A stretch of DNA of 64,000 nt, taken from Kudoa neothunni. Its lineage: Eukaryota > Animalia > Cnidaria. Position numbers and translations under genes: made by a program. The notes under the pieces are model-generated. The model saw nothing but the letters and a program-made list of their open reading frames with translations. It ran no database searches and was not told the origin of the DNA. Positions 55,843-64,000 of the stretch are shown here, piece by piece; positions within the stretch are counted from its first letter, which is position 1, and each line of letters opens with the position of its first letter. The stretch is from contig OZ199839.1 in assembly GCA_964304625.1 (NCBI GenBank), positions 4,591,376 through 4,655,375 on the forward strand. The letters are read 5' to 3'.

Positions 55843-56581
55843 TATCCCCGTTTTGATTTAATCTAATCTAATATCGATTGATTTTCAAGATTGAATATTT
55901 ATTTTCGATTTGTAAGTCAGTTATACACGAAAGTCTTTCTTAATGAAGATTGAAATACCTCGAGTTTCACATGATGCTGTTTTTGATGTAATGAAGGACT
56001 AAATATGTTAATTTTTAAGGTCCACTGACGAATTAAGTTAGATCTTGTCGAACACATTTTAATTTTATTTAAAAAAGAAATATATATATATATTGCATTC
56101 AAATTTTAACGAGACAGGGAGCCTTATTCAAAGTTGTGAACATTTTAAGTTGAAAAATTAATATTTTTGAAAAAGGTGGGACGCGATAGAAAAAAGGTTG
56201 GGAAACACTGGGGTAGATCATCATCCACCGAAGTAACTGTCAAACAAAGTATTCCTACTGGCTTACGAACGTTCGATGGAAGTGGATTGTTCCAGTGTGT
56301 TCATTTCGGTGGAATGTTTCATTATACAGAATCTAGAAATGAAAAAAAGGATGCAATTACTGTTCAATGTATTCTAGGATTTACTGCATAAAATGCAAAG
56401 TCACTCTGTGCCTTAACATTAGCAGAAATTGTTTTAAAGAATACCACGTAAAATAAAACTATATAAAGACACCATTTGTTGTGCTTATTTTCTATACAAC
56501 CAGCAATATTGCGTTTGGTTTTGTGCCACATAGGCGCATTGACGTTTTTGAAAATTGGGGCACCCGAATGATGCCATATGT

Positions 56582-58992
56582 CAGGGCTGGCCAAACCGTG
56601 GCTCTCGACAAAAAATCGTTGATTCAAAATTTTTTAAATTCAATAAGCGCTTTAACTTAGAAAAATTAGCAATTTGAGCTATTTAATCGACTGAAGAAAT
56701 GAACTTTTTAATTGTAACCTAGATAGTATTTTTGGCTAGGAAACATAATTACGAACATTATATAGTTTCATTATTTGATTCAAGTTAGAATTATTACTAG
56801 TTTTGTTAGGGAATACAAATTATAACTAATGTTTTTCCATTATCAAAGTGATGTATATTGTAAGAATAAACACGCATTAAAATTTGAAAAAGGAGGGAAG
56901 ACAAGGGAAATGAGAATGGCCATTGACTGGCTTCTAGGTTAGTCTAGAAATGACCTAACTCGTCCCTCGGTGCAATCCAAATAATTCGGCACGTATTGTC
57001 TCGTAGCTGTACAAATTATTTGTTAGAATTGGAGCTTAAATGATAATTCAAATTTTATTATTGTATGAAAAAAGTTATGGATCCTTCGAATATAAAAATA
57101 AGAAAATATGATAACGAAAAAATAATATTCAACCCAGAATGGTGAGAAGAACTTGTCTTTACCGTGATGAGGGGCAAGCCCTTATGTCTTATTTGCAATA
57201 TGTTTTCAAGTCACAACAAAGTTTCTAATCTGAAACGATATTATGAGAAAAATAACGGGAAATTTTCTCGTGATTATCCTTGCAAGTCTCAAATAAGAAC
57301 CAATAAATTATGTTCTTTATAGTCATCATTAAGTAGCCGCCGGTCACTTTTGACGACATTTTCCACCGACTCTTCTGTATCAACTGAAACTAGTTTTATT
57401 ATTTCATGGAACATTTCTCGTGAAAAATGTTCATATTCTGATGGGAAATTTGTTAGGAAGAATACTGCTGAAGTAATTGCAGTTTTAGATCTTAAAAACG
57501 GAAGACTTCAACGTTTGATAGAACAGACACCAGTTTCTCGCCACACAATAGAAAGGCGAATCTCTCAAATAAATGCTGATGTTTGCGATAAACTACAAAA
57601 TGATCTGAAGTATCCGGTTGCTTTTGGCTTAGCTCTCGACGAATCAACGGAAATTCAAGACAATCCCCAATTGGCCATATTCATTCGCTATGTTTTATAT
57701 GACTTAACTATTTAGGAGGAATTGTTGGATTTGGTGACAATGAAAGAAACTTCTCGTGGCGATTACATTCAAAATGCACTCGATACAGCCTTAACAAATG
57801 CTGGCTTTCAGTTATGCAATCTCGTTAGCATTTCGACAGACTTATCCCCTGCGATGATAGGTAAGAGCGTAGGCTTAATTGCACTCATGAAAAATGATCC
57901 AAGGATTGGAAAACTTACCCCCGAACATTGCATTACTCATCGCGAACATCCGGTTGCAAAATACTTCAAATATGAAAATGTAATGAAGTGTGTATTCGAA
58001 ATTGTCAATTATATACGATCAAATGGGAAGACTCATCGACAGTTCATAAATTTTATTGAAGAACTTGAGATTGATGATAAACCTAACGATGTTTCATTCT
58101 ACTGTATTGTGAGATGGTTGTACACTAGCAATATCTTGTTTAGGTTTGTGGAACTTTGAGAACTGATTAGTTCATTCCTTGAAGAAAAGAACAAATCATA
58201 CCTTCAACTTTAAAATAATCAATGGCTCTACAATTTGATGTTTTTACTGACGTAATGAACCATCTTCGAAACCTCAATTTAGCATTACAAGGGAAGAATA
58301 AATTGGTTTCTGATCTTGCTCAAACAATTTTCGGCTTTGAGAATAAAATACGAGTTTTCCAACGAGACAATATCACATAATATCAAGAAACCTCATTTAT
58401 TTTCCAAATCTCAATAGACAACGAAATTCATTCCCTGATGATGTAACACAAAATGTGAAATTGGAAGAATATAGCTGCAAATTAGAGCAACTTATGAATG
58501 ACTTTAAAGATCGTTTTTATGATTTACGGAAACTGAAACCATACTTTATGTTCCTCACCAACCCATTTGTGATCGATGTAGTTAATGAAGGTTGTAAAAA
58601 TCTTGAGACGCTGGTCATCAATTTTTCAACTGTGGAAATGGAAATAGTGGATTTTAAAGATCTGGCTTTAAAGATGATTCATAACTCCAAGTCGCCAATA
58701 GAATTTTGGAACAACTTATTGTTGTGAAACCCTTTATTCTACGATGAAGTTTGTGAAATCGAAGCATCGCGGATCCACCACAAACAAACACCTGACGGAA
58801 TTAATTTGTACGGCTTTAACAGCATATGAACCAGAGTTCCGTCAGCTCACTAATAATATGGAAGCACAAACAACTTGTTCCATTAGAAACAATTTATATT
58901 TATAAAAATAATTTTCGAATGCATTAATTTATTTTATTATTACTTTATTTGCAAATATTTTATTTTATTTTTTGTTAGACTACCATACACGA
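56582..58992 (+). mobile_element. Buster-type hAT element, decayed, right end missing
   Basis: cagggctggccaaacc left TIR. LALDESTE, HCITHRE and VRWL motifs. Interrupted at TTAA 58993. Confidence 0.9.
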
Positions 58993-58996
58993 TTAA

Positions 58997-60858
58997 TCCT
59001 CTAAAGACTTTGGGATCAATTTGACCCCAAATCGAAATTAATGAAATCATATCTATATTTCTAATATCCGTTAACTCATTAAAATTCATGTATTCTCCTA
59101 ACTTGTTATAAGGTATAATTTACGCAAGTTTTATTGAAAAATAAAAATCAGAAGTCAACAAGAAATTTTTATCTTCCAAAGACCTTGGGTCAATTAGACC
59201 CCAGATTTTTTTTAAAATCAATTGATCGAAAAAAATCTATATAGTTAAACGACAAAATATTTTTAAAATCTATTGGCTATATTCTGAGTAAAATAGTGGT
59301 AAATGTAGAAGATAATCCTATTTAATCTGGTACGTGTTGTTTCGGTGAAAACCCCCGTCTTGTCGCGTAATTAGCTTAATTCTGAGGTTCACGCTTTTAC
59401 AACAAAAAATAATAACAATTAATTTTTCAACAATGAAAACATTTCAACGTTCTTTAAAAACGTAAATTTTTGTTATACATTATTTTGAACAGTTACAACA
59501 TCTATTCGCTGAATGGGTTTGACAATAAAAGCTATGACAAAGTGTTCAACGTGTTAAGGGTTTTTTATCATATCCGCGCGGACGAAAATTACAACGAGCT
59601 CTTTTCTCCTTTGTTAATTGTAATGACGTTGGTATCGACAGCAGCAATTTTCTTTTAATGATTCTTTTGTTATCATTATGTTTTTTTGGGAGTGGTTGTT
59701 AGAGAGCATGGGCCAATTCTTTCAAGAGAGTACGCCGTAGTTTATTTTTACAATTAAAAATGTTTTCGTATAATACAGAAGCATTAACCAATGATAAATC
59801 CAGTATGTTAAAGAAAACAATCATTGGCCGTCTTCTATTCTATCTTCTTGCAGTGACAGAGATGCCAACATTCTATCAACTGAATCGACAACACCTTTCG
59901 CTTTATTATAGCTGACAATAACTTCAGGTTTTTTTGATAGTGTTGTTCGTTATATTCATATTTGTTGTTCCAGTTGATAACAAAATGACAGATTTGTTTT
60001 TTTTACATACGACCTAAGCATGAATTTTTCGTAAAATAGAAAAATCGTACTAAATAACTCCCACTTTTTGGATGGAAGAGCACGTTGTAATGTCTCTTTA
60101 ATGTGGCGTATTGTACCCAAATACGTCAGACGTTTACGTAACAACTTTGATGCGAGCGAGAGAGATGTAAAAAAGTTGTCTGATACAATATTTCCTCGAG
60201 AATCAAATAATGGTTCAGACAATACCATGACTATAGATTCCCCAACATTTGAATTCCGGACGTTGTCAATTCCATTTTTTCCGAGATACGGCGCAACATT
60301 TAAAACATATTTTTCAACTGGGTCGACAAGCAGAAAGAATTTAATCTTATATTTGGTCGGTTTTAGAGGCATACACTTTCTAAATGGACATTTACCTCTC
60401 AAAGCGACCAACTGCTCGTCTATGGTAACATCTTGGTTAGGATGAAAATATTGTGGTAATTGTTTCATACACATTTGCCATAAACTGCGGATTGGACAAA
60501 GTTTATCTGTTTCTCTTCTTTCTGCCCTTGTACTATAATCATCAAAATGAAGAGCTCTTGTGATTCATTTAAATTTATTCTTCGAAAACTTTTCTCAATA
60601 AATTTCCTTGCCTTCGGCTAAACTAAATAATTCTAGCAAAGGTTCCTCTCTATCCTTATGTATAGCCACAAGGATACCCAAATATCCATTGAACTCAACA
60701 ATATCAACATCAGTCCGGTCGTCTTCAAAATAATTCCTTCCAAACAAATTGGTCGATTAAATTATTTGTTCACAGATGGTTTTTGTAAAAAATAAAAAAA
60801 ACAATCTAAAAGATTTCGTACACATTGTATACAATATGCCGTTACACCGGGATAGGAA
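58997..60858 (-). mobile_element. piggyBac, decayed, truncated by a Helitron
   Basis: TTAA|tcctctaaagact with gggatcaatttgacccc palindrome. ORF 59956..60474 (TIDEQLVALRGKCPF, SDNFFTS). Confidence 0.9.
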
Positions 60859-63005
60859 TCTACTATATATACAAAGTTCTTATGTCTTATCAGTGTGTGT
60901 CAGTTTGCAGCAGTACGCATGTGCCACGGAGAAACTTTCTTTAAAAATAGCTGTACGTTTGTATTTGAATAGATCAAACCATTAATAAAAATTGATCATT
61001 TACTGAGAAGTATAAATATGGTCAATAACACAATCCGAAGTAAGGAATTTTCTGGTTGTCTTCACAAATAGCAGATTAAAAAGTGCCTGCATAATATTGA
61101 TATTTGTTTACTTCTGATTGATAGCCAATTAAAATGAACTTTTACTCACTATATAGAAAAAGAGTCTCTTAATTATGGTGTAGAATGTTCTAAAAAATTT
61201 TACATATGCCTATTCGGAATAATTTTAAGGCGAACAAACCAATTAACGTCACATTTACAAGAGTTGTCGCATTTCCCTTAAAATTTGAGGTATAAACAAG
61301 TTATTTGGTACGTGTTTTCTCTTTTCGAGCGTTATGGATATAGTTAAGAATAATAGATTATGGTCATTTTAAATAAAACACATAATTTGAGATAAGTTGT
61401 TGCCACGTTGGAATAATTTGTGTCTCTATGCGTATCCTAAAAACGATATGAAATATGTGTAGAGCTTTAAATATTAAAATTTTTGTGGTAACTTAAATGA
61501 AAATTATGCTCAATTGGAATTCCTGTTGTGGCGGATGTGGGAGAGAAGAACGACATGAGTTATGATCGAAATATTACTAAGTCAACGGAGAGTTCCGAAA
61601 TTATATATCGTGGTACCGTGGTTCGCGGGTTACACTGATATGAACGTTGCTTTTTATCAAAAATATCGATTGAGATTGAAACTATATTCGTCTTTTCGAT
61701 AAGTTTTTACTCATTTTTTGGTTTTCCTAAACTTTCTTGAAAAACAACCGGCATCACTAATTCGATAAGCTTCTATATTAGATGAGATAATTTTTTAAAT
61801 AATGTTCACGTTCTTATTAACCAAATTATTCCTTACCCCAGACCTTAAGATAAATATTCAAATCTATATATTGTTTCCTTTAGGCTCGCATTAATTCATT
61901 ATGATATAAAAGCTGCATGAAAGTATGCGACACCGCATTCTATAAGTAGTTTAAGAATTTATGTTCACGGTTACTTTTACAGAAAATACAGTCCCTTCTC
62001 AATATGTGGCATGTAAGTTAATAAGAAATTATTGGTCTATTCGATCTAACCGATATTTTCACAAAGTTTTCGTTAATCTAAGAATAGTTCAATACGAAGA
62101 AATTTTTTCAGGGCAATTAAACGGTACGTTTATTTTTAAAAGGGCGCACTCCTTCGAGAAACCAGTTGATATTTGAATATTTTAGCATTACTGTAATTTT
62201 TCAAACCAAAAACACCTTTACATTCTAGATTTAATCGTATTTTGTTAGTTAAATGTGTATATTTTTGAACCAGTAAGTGTTCTTGATAAAAAGCAAGGTT
62301 GGATTTATTTATACATCGGGAAATTTTGTTACAATAGTGAATACGTAAGCTACCGCTCACAGCCTTTAAAACATCATTGGCATTATTATAAAATCGCCAA
62401 AAAGGAGTAACAACTAATATTTATATTTCGGAGGCTTCTTAGGTTGATTTTACTTTTTTTATCATTTGTAGACTAATAATAAATTTTATAACTGGAAGGA
62501 TTAATTTTATCGCAAAATTTTGAAAAGAACTGAAAGTCCTATTTAAGTTACTTAATGATTTTGTTTCATAAATAACTGAACTTTAATCGCTATTTACATT
62601 TCATTTAAAATTAAGGTCATCATAGTTTTGGCCAATAATTTGTAAAATAAACTAAAATTACTCATTAATTTCTTTCCGTACATCTATTTATATTTGAATG
62701 GAAAGTGTGTGCATAATTTCGTTTATCTAAATCATCACATTGCAAAAATAAAAACAAGCTTTAAAATGCATAAAATAAAATAGAAACAAAATTTACAGGG
62801 TTTAAAGTGCTAATTAATTAACTCTGCCGTAAAATTTCTCCATTCAAAAATACAATTAAAAGTTAAAATTTTCCATCACACTGTGCCAACCAAAACTGGG
62901 CATTGGCGCTATTTACTTAAAAATCAAAAAGGCTTTAGTCTGCGCTAGGTGTTGGCCTACTTGGCTGGGCAAGAGAGCCTTCGCGAAGCGGGGCTTTTGC
63001 GCTAG
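60859..63005 (+). mobile_element. Helitron-bounded 2.1-kb segment
   Basis: A|TCtactatatatacaaag..gtgtgtgtc..gtacgc 5' end. 3' end gccttcgcgaagcggggcttttgcgCTAG|T is homologous to the other two Helitrons. Confidence 0.7.
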
Positions 63006-63252
63006 TATTTAATATAACTATAAAAACAAATCTTTAACAAACAATAAACACGTATCGCTACGTTCATAAACAAAACAATTAATTTTTGTTCGCTGTAGTA
63101 AACGGAGGACATGAAACGATTAATTTAGCGGTTACATTACGATAAAACTTTCAACTGAAACATTAACCTCACGTGGCTCTATAAATTTAGGCGCTGTTAT
63201 GCATAAACGACCACTTATGTAAGAATATGATCAAAACCTACCATCATTGTTA

Positions 63253-64000
63253 CTAATTAAATTCGGACGAACTATATATATCCATAAGGCTATTCTTATT
63301 GGCCTTCAGAAGACCAAACTCATTGATTGTTTTGTCGATCTTATCAAGTAAATTGTCAGCCATTCTACGCGTACAACTATCTGAAGTCTTGGAAACTGGA
63401 TATAACACTTGAAAGGATCTATCCCAAGACGCCTTTTTCCAAAAGTTAACGAATATAAAACTAATAGTTTTCCTACCTTGATTTCGTCATGGAGTATGGA
63501 TTTAGTGATGGTATCCTTTATAATATTTTGGGGTAGTTTAAATTGTTCAACAAGTGTTGTTAGCCTAAATAAATCACAAGACAAAAATTATGAGGAAACC
63601 TACTTAACGCTGGCAAAGCGATGCAAAAATGAACAAAGATATGCCAAGAGGCATTGCTTTTTTATTTCCCTAAAGGGTTTTATAACAAAAATAAAATTGA
63701 ACATACATCAAAAGGAGAGGCTGAGCAGATGAAAAAAGGGGAACTGATTTTAAGATCTATGATTATGAAATTATTCAAAATTTATCCACGAATATATCAT
63801 AATTACATCCAGCTTAATTATAGTGGAGTAGCAACTTTGCCAATCACCATTCATAATATGTTTGGCAGCTGAAACCACATACTCACCGGTGGTAGATGGG
63901 GAAACTATATTATCAGTTTATTTTCAAGCAGAGAACCAACGAATGTTCAACCTGAAACAATATGGTTGTTTGAACGCTTGATATAATCCGAAAACAGGCT
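63253..64000 (-). CDS. EIF3C: Translation initiation factor 3 subunit C, 3' part (5' end outside window)
   Basis: Spliced EYVVSAAKHIMNGDWQSC, IKKQCLLAYL, LTTLVEQFKLP..ITKSILHDEIK|ASWD..MADNLLDKI matches the eIF3c PCI-domain C-terminus. Confidence 0.82.

Larger units (their letters stand above)
50882..56210. mobile_element. hAT MITE hosting a piggyBac and a Helitron
   Basis: caatgtttccc ... gggaaacactg with a perfect 8-bp TSD GGGTAGAT (50874-50881, 56211-56218). Confidence 0.88.
48906..56581 (+). mobile_element. PGBD3-like piggyBac; outer member of a nest, right end not found
   Basis: TTAA|cccttttgtgcc. ORFs 49627..50964 (SVDEQIIPFK, YNKYMGGVDLFD). The coding remnant resumes after 56218 (NRGR|SSSTE) through CIKCKVTLCLNISRNCFKEYH. 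The subterminal repeat aatgatgccatat is cut by the hAT at 56582. Confidence 0.85.

Overview
AT-rich eukaryotic (metazoan) genomic DNA. Small islands of intron-dense, highly divergent housekeeping genes sit in a matrix of decayed, deeply nested transposons that cover roughly two thirds of the window (estimated by eye). Host genes are CORO7 (+), a frameshifted single-propeller CORO7-like paralogue upstream of it, MCM3 (-) head-to-head with an AKAP7-like 2H phosphoesterase (+), SMN (-), SYAP1/BSD (-) and the 3' part of EIF3C (-). Most introns are GT-AG and about 35-60 nt. Transposons include many piggyBac families (TTAA), DD34E Tc1/IS630-like, pogo/Tigger, Buster-type hAT elements and MITEs, non-autonomous Helitrons and two short solo LTRs, forming two 4-level nests. 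The most unusual signals are an SMN with an apparent second Tudor-like barrel and an altered YG box, transposases with host-style introns at conserved positions, a half-duplicated coronin-7 and a structured segment in the MCM3/AKAP7 divergent promoter. Protein divergence, tiny introns and TE content suggest a reduced parasitic animal such as a myxozoan (inference only). All gene models and family calls were read by eye, with no database search.
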